A DNA stretch of 64,000 nt from Candidatus Nanoarchaeia archaeon (GCA_035293285.1 DATDOM010000082.1:422-64421); one strand, 5' to 3'; counted from the first letter of the stretch, positions 1 through 10,362 are shown. The notes: generated from the sequence alone by a model not told the origin. Program-made: numbers and translations.

Positions 1-80
1 AACAAAAAGACCCTAAAGCTTGAAAACAGCCTGTAGAAAGCAAAACCAATGTACGCCATCCAGTTTTCAATCTTTTTCAT
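1..80 (-). CDS. 5' end of an unidentified gene running off the window (N-terminus MKKIENWMAYIGFAFYRLFSSFRVFL...)
   Basis: ATG at 80-78 with an open frame to position 1. A TTTAAATA-type box (complement of 103-110) lies about 25 nt upstream, matching boxes before other genes here. Only 26 codons are visible. Confidence 0.3.
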   Translation of the reverse strand, partial: MKKIENWMAYIGFAFYRLFSSFRVFL

Positions 81-137
81 TAGAGGAAGAAAGATGAAGT
101 GATATTTAAACGTTTTGAGAGATTGTGGATTATATAT

Positions 138-2021
138 TCAAAGAGGTTTTTTGCTTAGCCTAAAAGCAAGAAATCCAACAACAGCAATAATGACAAGGAT
201 TACAGCCCAGATTACAGGCTTATTCTCAGTTATCCTGCTGTCTTTTTTATCGCATGCGTCTCCAGTTCCGTCGCTGTCTGCATCAGTCTGCTTGTACTCA
301 TTTCCTATGTAAGTTCTTGGGTTGGTATCATAGAGGCAGTTGTCCTCGAAATTAAGCACTCCGTCATTGTCAAAATCCTCGCAGGCATCTCCAATTCCAT
401 TGTTGTTTTGGTCATCCTGATTTGGATTTTTTACGTCATTGCAGTTGTCTTTTGGATTTATTATACCATCTCCATCAGAGTCATCACAAATATCTCCAAC
501 TCCGTTGCTGTTACTGTCTGACTGCTCAGGATTTTTTGTATTAATGCAATTGTCGCAAGTGTCTCCTAAACCATCACTGTCAGAATCCTTCTGGTCTGAG
601 TTGGCCTTATTTAAGCAGTTGTCCTTGTAATTTGGAGCATTGTCATTATCATCGTCTTCGCACACATCCCCGATTTTGTCATTATCTTTGTCAAACTGGT
701 TTGGGTTGTAGCCCTCAAGACAGTTGTCACACGCGTCGCCTATCCTGTCATTGTCAGAGTCTTTTTGGTCGGGGTTTGGCTTGTTTATGCAGTTATCACG
801 CGAAAAAGGGATATTGTCACCATCTATATCCTCGCAGGCGTCGCCTATGCCGTTCCTGTCCCTGTCGCTTTGGTCCTGATTGGGAGAACTTGCGCAATTG
901 TCTTGCGAGTTGATTACACCGTCTTTGTCAGAGTCATCGCATACATATCCGACATCATTCAGGTTATCATCATACTGGTCTGGGTTGTAATTGTTTTTGC
1001 AGTTGTCACACGCGTCGCCACTCCCGTCGTTGTCTGAGTCGAGCTGGTCTGAGTTGGCTTTTGATTGGCAGTTGTCGCACACATCCCCAATTCCGTCGTT
1101 GTCTGAGTCGAGCTGGTCTTGGTTTGATTGCGTTGGGCAGTTGTCTTTAAGCACGCTGTCTTCATCGCTGTCAAAATTATAAGCAGTATTTTCCTGTTGA
1201 AATCCAAGTGTTAAAACTGGAGTCGTTTTCTTGACAGACAATTTGGAAATATCATAGTTTTGTGCATCTGCAAACTTGCTCCCGTAGTAAAGCCTATATT
1301 CCTTGCCGGATTTTGGACTGAATACAATCTGGCCAGAATAAGCACCGTAAATTTCAATTTCGTTAATGACTAGGCTTTGAGTGTGCCAGAATGAAAATTT
1401 CAGAAATTTGTATTCAAAAGGAGAGTAAGTGACTGTTCTTGTTTCTGATATGTCATATTTCGTCCTGCTTTTGATTATTTTCCAATTTTGGCCGTCGCTG
1501 CTTCCTTCAACCTGTATTTCAGTCCATGTATAGTCACCATTAAGGTTCCATAGTTTTACTTTGTCTGTAAATACCGGGCTTTCAAATTCAAGTGTAATCC
1601 AGGAATAAACCGGGTCAATTGACGAATCTATCTGAAAATAAGCGCCGTCTTTATTGCTGTAATCCCCGTCAATTAATTTAGCGGGGCTAAAACTTGTTCC
1701 CCTGAAAACCTGCCTTTCTGAGCTTGATTCAACAGCCTTTGCCTTATGTGCCAATTCTTCAACTGGAAATATTGTTGCCTTAAGCGGCACTTCATTACCA
1801 TTCTCCAAAATTCTCAAGTCCGAGCCATCAGGCTTCATGCTATTAAGCACCTGATAGTCAAGGTTTACCTTAGCCGGCTCATTTATTGAAGCTGGAAGAT
1901 TTATTTTCTTAAAATAAGGATACTGGGTTAAGTCAAGTGCGAGCGCGCTCTGGATTAAAACCAAAAAAACTAGGCTTAATGCCAAAAACAATTTTGAATT
2001 TGGAAATTTGTTAATTTTCAT
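138..2021 (-). CDS. Secreted, C-terminally anchored adhesin-like protein: discoidin/F5-8 type C-like domain plus about ten thrombospondin type-3 Ca-binding repeats
   Basis: ORF 138-2066 trimmed to the second Met (MKINKF...). That start gives a Sec-type signal ([11 protein letters not shown]) and abuts the upstream stop. Discoidin-like segment [17 protein letters not shown]...[13 protein letters not shown]. Repeated DxDxDGxGDxCDNC units. C-terminal [20 protein letters not shown]. Confidence 0.75.
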   Translation of the reverse strand: MKINKFPNSKLFLALSLVFLVLIQSALALDLTQYPYFKKINLPASINEPAKVNLDYQVLNSMKPDGSDLRILENGNEVPLKATIFPVEELAHKAKAVESSSERQVFRGTSFSPAKLIDGDYSNKDGAYFQIDSSIDPVYSWITLEFESPVFTDKVKLWNLNGDYTWTEIQVEGSSDGQNWKIIKSRTKYDISETRTVTYSPFEYKFLKFSFWHTQSLVINEIEIYGAYSGQIVFSPKSGKEYRLYYGSKFADAQNYDISKLSVKKTTPVLTLGFQQENTAYNFDSDEDSVLKDNCPTQSNQDQLDSDNDGIGDVCDNCQSKANSDQLDSDNDGSGDACDNCKNNYNPDQYDDNLNDVGYVCDDSDKDGVINSQDNCASSPNQDQSDRDRNGIGDACEDIDGDNIPFSRDNCINKPNPDQKDSDNDRIGDACDNCLEGYNPNQFDKDNDKIGDVCEDDDNDNAPNYKDNCLNKANSDQKDSDSDGLGDTCDNCINTKNPEQSDSNSNGVGDICDDSDGDGIINPKDNCNDVKNPNQDDQNNNGIGDACEDFDNDGVLNFEDNCLYDTNPRTYIGNEYKQTDADSDGTGDACDKKDSRITENKPVIWAVILVIIAVVGFLAFRLSKKPL

Positions 2022-2025
2022 CTGA

Positions 2026-4356
2026 TTAAAGATATTCTTTGTATTTGTTGTATAAGAAAGCGCCAAGCAAGGCTATTACTCCAAGCACTATGAAAGAGAT
2101 TATCCTATAGCCCGTCTCAAGATTGCTCAAGTCATACAGGAACACTTTAAGGATTGAAAGCCCAAAAAGGATAAGCCCCATCAGTCTAAAAAGCTTGATC
2201 TTTGCAGAAAATCCAAATCCAAGTATCGTAATTGCCTGCAGAATAAATGCAAGAGAAGTCCAGAGCTTCTTTGCATTAATCATCATGCTTGTGTCCCATA
2301 TTTCAAGCCAGATGATAATTGTCGTAAGGAGTGTTGCCGCTATTGCGTATGCTGCATTCACATAGATTACATAGTTTTTGTAGTCCTCAAACTTGTCCTT
2401 GTTTTTGTAATAAAGATAGGCGATAATGTAGAAAAGGACTATAGTTGCAAGGAAAGCAAACAATCTTGTGCTGTTTAAAAAATTGGATGTGTCTATTGGA
2501 TTAAGCCTGTAGGAATCATATCCGAGGAGCCTTCCAAATGTGATTAATGCTACAACTGAGCTTGAGATTCTAATAGTGTTTTCCTTAAGCCTGAAGCTCA
2601 ATACAACTAATATGAACGTAAGCACTGCCCAGGATATTGTAACCCATTCCCTGTTAAACTGAAGCGGGACTGCAAGAGTGAGATGGCCAAAGCATAGCAC
2701 AATATATGTGTTGAAATAATGGGAAATTTTTCTGTTGTAAGCGATGTATGCAAAGACAAGATAGACTATTGCCAGCGCTGCTGTGAATAATCCCTGGTAG
2801 CCTTTATCAAAATGAATTGCCGGCCAGATATTAAGGCCGTAATAAAACCCGGAATTAAGGACTATTGCGATGACATTGCTTGCCTTGTTTTTTTCAGAAG
2901 AAAGCAAGAATAGTATGATGTTGAAAAAAACAAAATAAATTGTCAGGGCAATGAAATTAATGTACAATGAAGATGTATTAAGATTGGAATCAAGCCATTT
3001 GGAATGGACTATATATGTCATGATTATGCCTGCAGCAGTGAAATAATTCCACCTGAATTTAATCACTATAAAAGCCAAAAACAAAACCATCAGCGAGAGA
3101 GGGACTAGTGCCGTAAGTGACTTGCTAAAATCGAGATTAAAGAAAAATATGTAGGTGATTATCAAAACTGCCCCAATCAAATTTCTTGAAGTAAAAAAAT
3201 CTTCTAATTCCTCGTTAGTTTTGCCTTTTGGCTCGTCCTTGTTTTTCAGGGCAACTGTTGTGAACATTAAAAGATAAACGAAAAGAAAGACTATATTAAG
3301 CAAATTTTTGTCAGTGCCCGAATAGTTATCAAGCCAGAAGATGTGGGTAATGTACATTGCGGCTATTCCGCCTGCACCAAGAATTTTCCAGTTTTTGAAG
3401 TACGCAAGCGCCGTCAACCCTGCAGTAAGTGCTACTGCATACATCAGGAAAAAAGTATTTACTGAGGAAGTAAGCAGCGGAACAATATATCCTAAAAAGA
3501 AAGCCTCTGCAGCAATGATTTTTGAGTTGTATTTTACTGAAAAAAATACTGTGCCTATCATTATCAGCGTAAGCGCTCCTACATCAGCTGTTAAAGGCAG
3601 CAGGCTGTAAAACCTGTATGCTGCAAACATTGCAAAATATATTATTGCAAATCCCCCGCCAACAATTGTCATCCCATAATTATAATATTTTTTCCTATAG
3701 AAAAAATCGCCGGCAACTATCAAGGATATTCCTGCCAATGCTCCCAAGGCAACCTGCCCTGTAGGCCCTATCCACTTGTTTTGTATTGCATAGATTACGA
3801 AAAATGCGACACCAAGCACTATAGAAATTATTCCTATCTTCGGAAGCCATTTTTTCCCTATGTCCGCCTCAAAATTGCTTTTTGATTTTTTCGAACTCTT
3901 TTTTGCGGAAACGTCTTTTGCCTTGGATTCTTCCTTGTCCTCCTCCTTATATTTATTTGGGTAAAGAGAATCCTGGCCCAAATCAATTTCCCTGCGCTCT
4001 TTTTTTACTTGCTTCCCGCTTTTTGGGTTCATTATGATAATTACAATTCCGGCGATGATAGAACCTAAGGGTAGAATTCCAGTCATTTCTCCGGGAAGGA
4101 GGTACCTTAATGAGCCAAAACCTAAAAACCATGGCCCTATGAAGAGAAAAATTCCAAGCCATATCAATCCCCACCCGAGTTTTCTTTTTGGGTTGCCCTC
4201 ATAGATTACTTCTGTCTCAACTGTTGCCTGCCCTGATTTCTTAGAAAGCGTCCCTACTTGCTTTTCAAGTGTTTCTATGCGCCTTTCAAAGCTGCCGAGA
4301 GTCTTGTTTAGTTTGTTAAAATAATCAGACCAGTTTTCTTTGGGCTTTGCAGTCAT
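2026..4356 (-). CDS. Polytopic membrane protein, DUF2339-like, with an N-terminal coiled-coil
   Basis: 776-aa ORF. N-terminal coiled-coil ([18 protein letters not shown]), a Lys-rich linker, then more than 15 hydrophobic helices, as in the DUF2339 family. Confidence 0.6.
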   Translation of the reverse strand: MTAKPKENWSDYFNKLNKTLGSFERRIETLEKQVGTLSKKSGQATVETEVIYEGNPKRKLGWGLIWLGIFLFIGPWFLGFGSLRYLLPGEMTGILPLGSIIAGIVIIIMNPKSGKQVKKERREIDLGQDSLYPNKYKEEDKEESKAKDVSAKKSSKKSKSNFEADIGKKWLPKIGIISIVLGVAFFVIYAIQNKWIGPTGQVALGALAGISLIVAGDFFYRKKYYNYGMTIVGGGFAIIYFAMFAAYRFYSLLPLTADVGALTLIMIGTVFFSVKYNSKIIAAEAFFLGYIVPLLTSSVNTFFLMYAVALTAGLTALAYFKNWKILGAGGIAAMYITHIFWLDNYSGTDKNLLNIVFLFVYLLMFTTVALKNKDEPKGKTNEELEDFFTSRNLIGAVLIITYIFFFNLDFSKSLTALVPLSLMVLFLAFIVIKFRWNYFTAAGIIMTYIVHSKWLDSNLNTSSLYINFIALTIYFVFFNIILFLLSSEKNKASNVIAIVLNSGFYYGLNIWPAIHFDKGYQGLFTAALAIVYLVFAYIAYNRKISHYFNTYIVLCFGHLTLAVPLQFNREWVTISWAVLTFILVVLSFRLKENTIRISSSVVALITFGRLLGYDSYRLNPIDTSNFLNSTRLFAFLATIVLFYIIAYLYYKNKDKFEDYKNYVIYVNAAYAIAATLLTTIIIWLEIWDTSMMINAKKLWTSLAFILQAITILGFGFSAKIKLFRLMGLILFGLSILKVFLYDLSNLETGYRIISFIVLGVIALLGAFLYNKYKEYL

Positions 4357-4473
4357 TAAAAATCCTCTAGGCTATTCTCAAATAGAAGGTATATAAACTT
4401 TTTGCAGAAAATCATATTTTCGCATTCTTCAGAATATGAACTGAAACAATCTGCCTTTGTTCTGCCTGTCCCT

Positions 4474-5592
4474 TTATCTGCTTGACAATATTACACCTTC
4501 AATTGCCAATGTCTTAATTTTATCATTACTGTATCTAAGTTCAATTAAGATTTTTTTAGTATGCTGCCCAATCTTTGGGGACTTTCGGTTTGATGAAGTC
4601 CTAAAATTTGAAAAACCCATTGGAATTTTTGGCAAAAGAAAGATTCCGTTTCTTTCAAGCAGCTTTTTAGACTGGTTTTCTTTTAGTGCAGTTTTGATGT
4701 CCATTACAGGCTCACAGCAAAAGTCGTACTTTGAGTTCATTGATTTCCAGTAAGCAAGATTTTTGCTTTTGAATAGTTTTTGCATACTATTTATTGTGGA
4801 ATTTGAGCTATCAAACTGCTTTTTTATAAGATTTTGATTATTCGTTGCATTGTAAAATGCCTTCCAGAATCTAGGCTCAATTGCGCAAAGGCTCACAAAT
4901 TTTTTGTCCTTTGTCTGATAGATGTTGTAACATGCGCATCCTGACAGAATTTGCTTTCTGCTTGAGCAGGATGCAAAAGCCACCTGTGCAGCCATCATCG
5001 AAATTGCGCTTGACATCATGGAAACGTCAACGTAATTGCCCTTATTTGAGCGTTCCCTTGAAAAAAGCGAAGCTATAATTGATATTGCTGCAAAAAGCGC
5101 ACTGCTTGTATCTGCAATCTGAACTCCGGGAACAAAAGACTTGTCTGAAATCATAGCTAACATCCCGCTTGAAGAAAGGAAGTTTAGATCGTGCCCTGCC
5201 TTATTTTTGTCTTTTCCAGTTTGCCCGTATCCTGAAATTGAGCAGTAGATTATTTTCGGATTTAGTTTTTTCACTTCTGAATATCCAAATTCAAGCGAAT
5301 CCATTTTTCCTGGCCTAAAGCTTTCCAAGAAAACATCAGAGTTTAGAATAAGCTTTCTCAAAATTTTCTTGCCTTCTTCAGTTTTAAGGTTTATTGCAAC
5401 GCTTTTCTTGCCCCTGTTAAGCGCTTCAAAGTAAGGGCTTTTGCCTTTTACTTTTTCAAAATTCCTGAGAGGATCTCCCTGCATGCTTTCTATTTTTATT
5501 ACATATGCACCAAGACTCGCAAGAATCATTGAGCACATAGGTCCGGGTATCAGATTTGACAAATCGAGTATTTTTATCCCTTTCAAAAGCAT
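4474..5592 (-). CDS. Family III CoA-transferase (CaiB/BaiF / alpha-methylacyl-CoA racemase-like)
   Basis: N-terminus LKGIKILDLSNLIPGPMCSMILASLGAYVIKIE and YCSISGYGQTGKDKNKAGHDLNF match the family III CoA-transferase signature regions. Confidence 0.75.
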   Translation of the reverse strand: MLLKGIKILDLSNLIPGPMCSMILASLGAYVIKIESMQGDPLRNFEKVKGKSPYFEALNRGKKSVAINLKTEEGKKILRKLILNSDVFLESFRPGKMDSLEFGYSEVKKLNPKIIYCSISGYGQTGKDKNKAGHDLNFLSSSGMLAMISDKSFVPGVQIADTSSALFAAISIIASLFSRERSNKGNYVDVSMMSSAISMMAAQVAFASCSSRKQILSGCACYNIYQTKDKKFVSLCAIEPRFWKAFYNATNNQNLIKKQFDSSNSTINSMQKLFKSKNLAYWKSMNSKYDFCCEPVMDIKTALKENQSKKLLERNGIFLLPKIPMGFSNFRTSSNRKSPKIGQHTKKILIELRYSNDKIKTLAIEGVILSSR

Positions 5593-5596
5593 TTTG

Positions 5597-6736
5597 TTAA
5601 TTAAGGTTTTTTAGGATGTGGACGGTTGCGACACTGCCTACACCGCCGATATTGTGCGCCAGGGAATACTTTGGAACTTTTACCTGCCTGTCTCCTGCCT
5701 GTTTCCTCATCTGCTTGACAAGCTCGTAAACCTGGCTTATGCCTGTCGGGCTTATCGGATGCCCTCTTGCTTTTAGACCGCCGCTAGTATTTACTGGAAG
5801 GCTGCCATTGAGATTTGTGGTCCCGCCCCTGATAAGTTTTGCGCCCTCCCCTTTTTTGCAAAGCCCCAAATCTTCATAAGATATCAATTCCAAAGGAGTA
5901 AATGCATCGTGAAGCTCGACAAGCTCCAGGTCTTTTGGGCCTATGCCAGCTTCCTCGTATGCGCTTTTTGCTGCTTTTCTTGTTGATTCTAAGGATGTCA
6001 TGTCATCGCGCTCAAAGGGGCTCAAGAAGTCTCCCTCTTCAGAAGAGCCTGTAATTTCTATGTCGCTTTTTTCCTTAGATATTATGACAGCTGCGGCTCC
6101 GTTGCACGATATGCTGCAGTCAAAAAGCCTTAATGGGGATGCCACGACCGGCGAGCTTTTTATCTCTTCCAAAGTAACTTTTTTTTTGTAGAATTTTGCT
6201 TTTGGATTTAGGTATGCGTTGCTGTGGTTTTTGAATGCAACTAGAGAAAGGTCGTCCATTGTTGCGCCGTATTTTCTCATATATTGCTGGGCGCACAGTG
6301 CATTTTGGGCAGGGAAGTTAAGTCCTTCGGTCTGCTCATAGATTCTTTCTCCGCCCATCAAAATTTCATCCGTTACATTCTTGCTTGTGTTTGCCATTAT
6401 TTTATCAACGCAAAGCACAAGTATGTTATCATAATTATTGGCCTGGTTTTTTAGGATTTTTACTGAAGTCCATAAAGCAGAGCCTCCGCCTGCGCATCCT
6501 GCCGGAATGTTTAGTATCGGGCATTTTTTTTGGAAAAGGCTGCTAAGCATTGAAGCTGTGTGCTTTTGGCGCTCGCCATTGCTTGGGCTTTCCATACATG
6601 ACATTATTATCGCGTCAATCTTTTCAAACGGCATTTGAGAATCATCTATGGCCTCCATTGCTGCCTCGTAAGCCATATGGCTGCCTTGCTCAAGGTCAGT
6701 TCCAAACTTAGTCATTCCGACGCCTTTTATGAACAT
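5597..6736 (-). CDS. Thiolase-family protein (archaeal acetyl-CoA C-acetyltransferase / SCP-x type), paralog 1
   Basis: MFIKGVGMTKFG start, active-site Cys context IPAGCAGGGSALW, GGLKARGHPISPTG, C-terminal HNIGGVGSVATVHIL. Confidence 0.8.
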   Translation of the reverse strand: MFIKGVGMTKFGTDLEQGSHMAYEAAMEAIDDSQMPFEKIDAIIMSCMESPSNGERQKHTASMLSSLFQKKCPILNIPAGCAGGGSALWTSVKILKNQANNYDNILVLCVDKIMANTSKNVTDEILMGGERIYEQTEGLNFPAQNALCAQQYMRKYGATMDDLSLVAFKNHSNAYLNPKAKFYKKKVTLEEIKSSPVVASPLRLFDCSISCNGAAAVIISKEKSDIEITGSSEEGDFLSPFERDDMTSLESTRKAAKSAYEEAGIGPKDLELVELHDAFTPLELISYEDLGLCKKGEGAKLIRGGTTNLNGSLPVNTSGGLKARGHPISPTGISQVYELVKQMRKQAGDRQVKVPKYSLAHNIGGVGSVATVHILKNLN

Positions 6737-8211
6737 TACTTTGTCACCTTTGAAAGAAGCTTTGACATTTTTGACTTGACTTTGTCAACAGGAGTTATTT
6801 TTGGAGTGCCTTTTGTTGTAAGGAGCTTTTTTAGAAGCACTACCTGTTCAACAGGGTCGTCTCTTTCACTGATTTTTGCAGTGTAGCCTAGTTTCATCTC
6901 ACCCATTTTCTTTATTGCACAGTCTCCAAGCGCAACAATCCTGTCCCTGCCTTTTAACTTTGATTCGTCCAGGACTGAACCAATAACAACATAAAGCTCA
7001 TCTCCTCTTAGCCCAACAAGCTTTGAAGTAAGTGAATTCATTGCGTTAAGGCATGCAGGACACGCTTTGCCATCAATAACTTTAATGTCAGGATGAGGTG
7101 TTTCATGAGGGTTTGAAGAGTTTATCTGATATTTTAGCACATCAATTGAGTTTCCCACAACTTCAATGTCATGTGCGCTTGTTTTTTCTCCTGAATTCAA
7201 AACGTGCTCAGGAATCAAAAGCATTGAAGCTTCGCAAAATGCCAAGTCAAGGGCCTGAGGATTCTTGCTTGAATACACAATATTTAGAAATGCAGGCTCG
7301 CCGAGTGCCAGCGGACCCTGCCCCTGCAGGCCGAATGAGCCGTCTGCAATATGGAGCATAGGAATTCCTTTTTCTTTTACATTTTTGTTCAAGGCTTTCA
7401 GCAGCTTTGGTAAAGTTCCATCTATATTATCATAATACATATTCCTCTGCGTCTTTTCATCAACTAATCTTGCAAGGTTTTCAAGCGCCCCTGAAATCCC
7501 AAGCTGGAAATTGGTTTTTAGGATTGGAACGTTGATAATTCTTCGGTTGAGCGCTTCCCTGAAAACATTGAACTTGTATCCATCCTGTTCAATTTCCTCA
7601 AAAGGACCTTTTGATATGTCCTGAACTGCAACTCCGTATTTTTTGCATACTGAAATCGCTCCTGCCTTTACTGCTGCCGAAGTTGCATCGCTTCCTATGA
7701 GAGCCTGCTCTGCAACAAGGATGTTTTCCTTGCTTACTCCGGTTTCCAAAAGATATTTCAATAAAGCATCCAAAAATTCAGGGTTTACATTTACAGCCTG
7801 GTAAGGATAAGCTGCTGTCACAATGCTTGGCTTAATTAATATTTTTTCATCCTTTAAGTTTACATCTTTTAGCAAAGACAATGACTCCTTGATTGCCTCG
7901 TAAATATCGTATTTTATCTTGATTATTGAAACTGCATCATCGGTTTCTGCTTCCTCTTCAACGTACTCATCATCAATTTCGTAAGACTCCATTGTCTTTT
8001 TTGGAAGCCTGTTTCCATGCTCATCCTGCAAAAGGATTATGTTGTAAGGAACTATAGGGTGCATTGGAGAAGGAATCATAACGTTTGTTATTCCGATTAC
8101 TTTTAGTTTTGAGCCATGCTGTTTTGTTATATCTCCCTTGCAATAGATACATTTTTCAACGGGATAAATCCATTTCTTACTGCAATTTTCACATATCCAT
8201 CTTGTTATCAT
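6736..8211 (-). CDS. Fusion protein: DUF35-like Zn-ribbon/OB-fold N-terminus plus DUF362 domain
   Basis: N-terminal CENCSKKWIYPVEKCIYCKG followed by an OB-like stretch (DUF35/acyl-CoA-associated type). The rest matches DUF362 landmarks: ILIKPSIV..., PILKTNFQLGISGALENL, HIADGSFGLQGQGPLALGEP, SSKNPQALD. Start and stop overlap both flanking thiolase genes. Confidence 0.6.
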   Translation of the reverse strand: MITRWICENCSKKWIYPVEKCIYCKGDITKQHGSKLKVIGITNVMIPSPMHPIVPYNIILLQDEHGNRLPKKTMESYEIDDEYVEEEAETDDAVSIIKIKYDIYEAIKESLSLLKDVNLKDEKILIKPSIVTAAYPYQAVNVNPEFLDALLKYLLETGVSKENILVAEQALIGSDATSAAVKAGAISVCKKYGVAVQDISKGPFEEIEQDGYKFNVFREALNRRIINVPILKTNFQLGISGALENLARLVDEKTQRNMYYDNIDGTLPKLLKALNKNVKEKGIPMLHIADGSFGLQGQGPLALGEPAFLNIVYSSKNPQALDLAFCEASMLLIPEHVLNSGEKTSAHDIEVVGNSIDVLKYQINSSNPHETPHPDIKVIDGKACPACLNAMNSLTSKLVGLRGDELYVVIGSVLDESKLKGRDRIVALGDCAIKKMGEMKLGYTAKISERDDPVEQVVLLKKLLTTKGTPKITPVDKVKSKMSKLLSKVTK

Positions 8212-9332
8212 GCTTTCACCTTCTTGAGTATATGAACTGAGACTGTGCTGCCCGCGCCTCCGATATTTTGCGCAAGCGCGTAATCGGTCTTTTCGACCTG
8301 CCTGTCTCCAGCCTGTTTTCTCATCTGCTTTGCTAGTTCGTAAATTTGAGATACTCCTGTTGCGCTTATCGGATGTCCTTTTGCCTTTAGGCCGCCGCTT
8401 GCATTTACCGGAAGACTTCCATTAAGATTTGTGATTCCCTTTCTGATTAAGTATTTGCCTTCGCCTTTTTTGCAAAAACCCAAATCTTCGTAAGAGATGA
8501 GCTCAACTGAAGTAAATGCATCATGAAGCTCAGCTAGGTTTATGTCTTTTGGAGTTATGCCTGCCTGTGCAAATGCTTCTTTTGCTGCAGACACTGATGC
8601 ATCCCATGAAGTCATGTCCTCGCTTTCAAAAGTGGCAATCCTGCCTGTCGATAATGAGCTTGCGACTATTTCTATATCTGTCGGCTCTTTTGATAATACT
8701 ACTGCCGCTGCACCATTTACTGAAAGGCTGCAGTCAAAAAGCCTTAATGGAGATGCCACTACAGGCGATTTCTTTATCTGCTTTAACGTAACTTCTTTTT
8801 TATAGAATTTTGCTTTTGGATTTAGATATGCGTTGCTGTGGTTTTTGAATGCAACTAGTGAAAGGTCGTCCATTGTTGCGCCGTATTTTCTCATGTATTG
8901 CTGGGCTACAAGGGCGTTTTGCGCAGGAAAGTTAAGTCCTTCAGTCTGCTCATAGATTCTTTCTGCCGCCATCATAATTTCATCAGTTATTCTTACTGAA
9001 TTATTTGTCAAAAGTCTATCAACCCCAATAACAAGAATGTTTTTGTAATCAAGATTTATTGCACTCCATAAAGCAGCGCCGCCACCGCCGCATACTGCTG
9101 TGGGATTAATGATTGGGACTTTTCTCCTTAAGATGCTGCTGATTACATTTGCAAAAAGCCTCTGGCGCTCGCCGTTGCTTTCTGTGTCTATTGAAGAAAT
9201 TACTATTGCATCAATCTGGTCCATCCCTATGTTAGAGTCTTCAATGGCCTCCATTGATGCCTGATAGACGAGCTCCTGGCTTGAATCTTTCTGAGAACCA
9301 AACTTGGTCATTCCGACGCCTTTTATGAACAT
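8208..9332 (-). CDS. Thiolase-family protein, paralog 2
   Basis: Same N-terminus MFIKGVGMTKFG, PTAVCGGGGAALW, GGLKAKGHPISATG, QNIGGAGSTVSVHIL. 4-nt overlap with the downstream gene. Confidence 0.8.
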   Translation of the reverse strand: MFIKGVGMTKFGSQKDSSQELVYQASMEAIEDSNIGMDQIDAIVISSIDTESNGERQRLFANVISSILRRKVPIINPTAVCGGGGAALWSAINLDYKNILVIGVDRLLTNNSVRITDEIMMAAERIYEQTEGLNFPAQNALVAQQYMRKYGATMDDLSLVAFKNHSNAYLNPKAKFYKKEVTLKQIKKSPVVASPLRLFDCSLSVNGAAAVVLSKEPTDIEIVASSLSTGRIATFESEDMTSWDASVSAAKEAFAQAGITPKDINLAELHDAFTSVELISYEDLGFCKKGEGKYLIRKGITNLNGSLPVNASGGLKAKGHPISATGVSQIYELAKQMRKQAGDRQVEKTDYALAQNIGGAGSTVSVHILKKVKA

Positions 9333-9342
9333 TTCGCACCGT

Positions 9343-9834
9343 TTATTTTGAGAATTTTCCTCTAAAATCAGATTTGTCTACAATTGCCACAATTAAGTAC
9401 GCTTCAGCAACAAGCGAATCCTTGACAAATGCCTTGCCTTGCAATACTCCACCCCTTTGATCCTGGGCTATCATATGAACATCAAACTTTAGCTGGTCGC
9501 CCGGAAAAACCGGTGCCATGAATTTTACATCCTTTAGCCTGTATGCCAAAACATCTTTTTCGTGATGATTGGTAATATTTGCCCTTGCAAGAAGAGTAGC
9601 TGCCTGTCCTATGCCTTCAACTGTCAAAGCACCGGGCATTATTGGAAAACCTGCAAAGTGGCCCTTGAAAAAGTCTTCGTTGCCTGAAAGGTTCTTGATT
9701 GCAACTATCCTGTCATTAGTCAAAGTCAGCACTTTTTCAACAAACAAGAAGTGCTCGTTGTAAGGGATAATCTTCATGACATTTTCGGTCTCGATTTCAC
9801 CTTTACTGTTCCTTAGTTCTTTGAACGGTTCCAT
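9343..9834 (-). CDS. Hotdog-fold dehydratase, FabZ-like (3-hydroxyacyl thioester dehydratase)
   Basis: FabZ active-site region FFKGHFAGFPIMPGALTVEGIGQAATLL. Size is 163 aa. Confidence 0.7.
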   Translation of the reverse strand: MEPFKELRNSKGEIETENVMKIIPYNEHFLFVEKVLTLTNDRIVAIKNLSGNEDFFKGHFAGFPIMPGALTVEGIGQAATLLARANITNHHEKDVLAYRLKDVKFMAPVFPGDQLKFDVHMIAQDQRGGVLQGKAFVKDSLVAEAYLIVAIVDKSDFRGKFSK

Positions 9835-9950
9835 AGCTTAATGCTTAATCTTGGCCGGTTTAAAAACGTTTCTACATGATGATTTGAGGGTGATGAGATT
9901 AGCTAGTTGCTATTTATCTTTCAAAATTTAAAAAAGACGAAGGAATTATG

Positions 9951-10270
9951 GGCCTCGCCATTAGCTCGTTGAACGTTGTTATGTTTTATCTAAATTAAAA
10001 AGACGCTGCATCATATCTAGGCCGCACCAATAGTGCGGCGTACATAGATAATCAAACCCGCACAACTCGCCCCATTTGGGCGAGAATTAAGGATTATCAT
10101 CCGTGGATGAACATCGAGTGCAGAGGGAAAATCCATACGAAGTAGGGATTTTACCTTTGCGAGCAGGGTTTTCACAAAGAAAGCCCGTGTGTGAATCCTT
10201 ACTCAGGGAATATATTTCTGAATAAACAGAGGTAAGCCTACCTATCGCGAAGCATATTTTAGTTAATAAA
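9951..10270 (+). repeat. GC-rich multi-hairpin intergenic element, copy A (long, interrupted form)
   Basis: GGCCTCGCCATTAGCTCG at 9951. Hairpin GCCGCAC-CAATA-GTGCGGC plus TACATA at 10021-10045. CGCACAACTCGCCCCATTTGGGCGAG at about 10058-10084. Conserved right end CCTA..CGCGAAGCATATTTTAGTTAA at 10238-10267. Confidence 0.6.
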
Positions 10271-10362
10271 AATAAGAGATCATAGAATAAAGTAGCATTA
10301 TTTAATATATACTTTTTAAACTAGCTATCAAAAGCTATATTTTTAAGTCTAAAAATCCCATA

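Noticed and set aside
115-312. 65-aa plus-strand ORF at the window start.
   Set aside because: It lies antisense to the 3' end of the TSP3 adhesin gene and spans the intergenic promoter region of the minus-strand gene at 1-80. It has no supporting signals.
330-1150. Periodic nucleotide repeats that could be mistaken for a CRISPR-like or satellite array.
   Set aside because: The periodicity is in-frame coding repetition of thrombospondin type-3 units within the 138-2021 gene. There is no repeat-spacer architecture. Likewise, the 20740-20830 and 20900-20950 repeats encode EDRRED and KFDEAKD units.
8208-9332. Could the second thiolase-like gene be the HMG-CoA synthase expected next to a DUF35 protein in archaea?
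   Set aside because: Its N-terminus, active-site Cys context and C-terminal GHP..ATG / NIGG motifs are thiolase-type and parallel paralog 1 throughout. No HMGCS-specific features were recognised.
9870-9905. Candidate C/D-box sRNA: ATGATGA and GTGATGA boxes in CATGATGATTTGAGGGTGATGAGATT, with a similar GATGATTTGAG at 31706.
   Set aside because: The two C-like boxes are only 7 nt apart. No CTGA D box lies at a suitable distance in copy A, and the 31706 version lacks a canonical RUGAUGA. The evidence is insufficient for a call.
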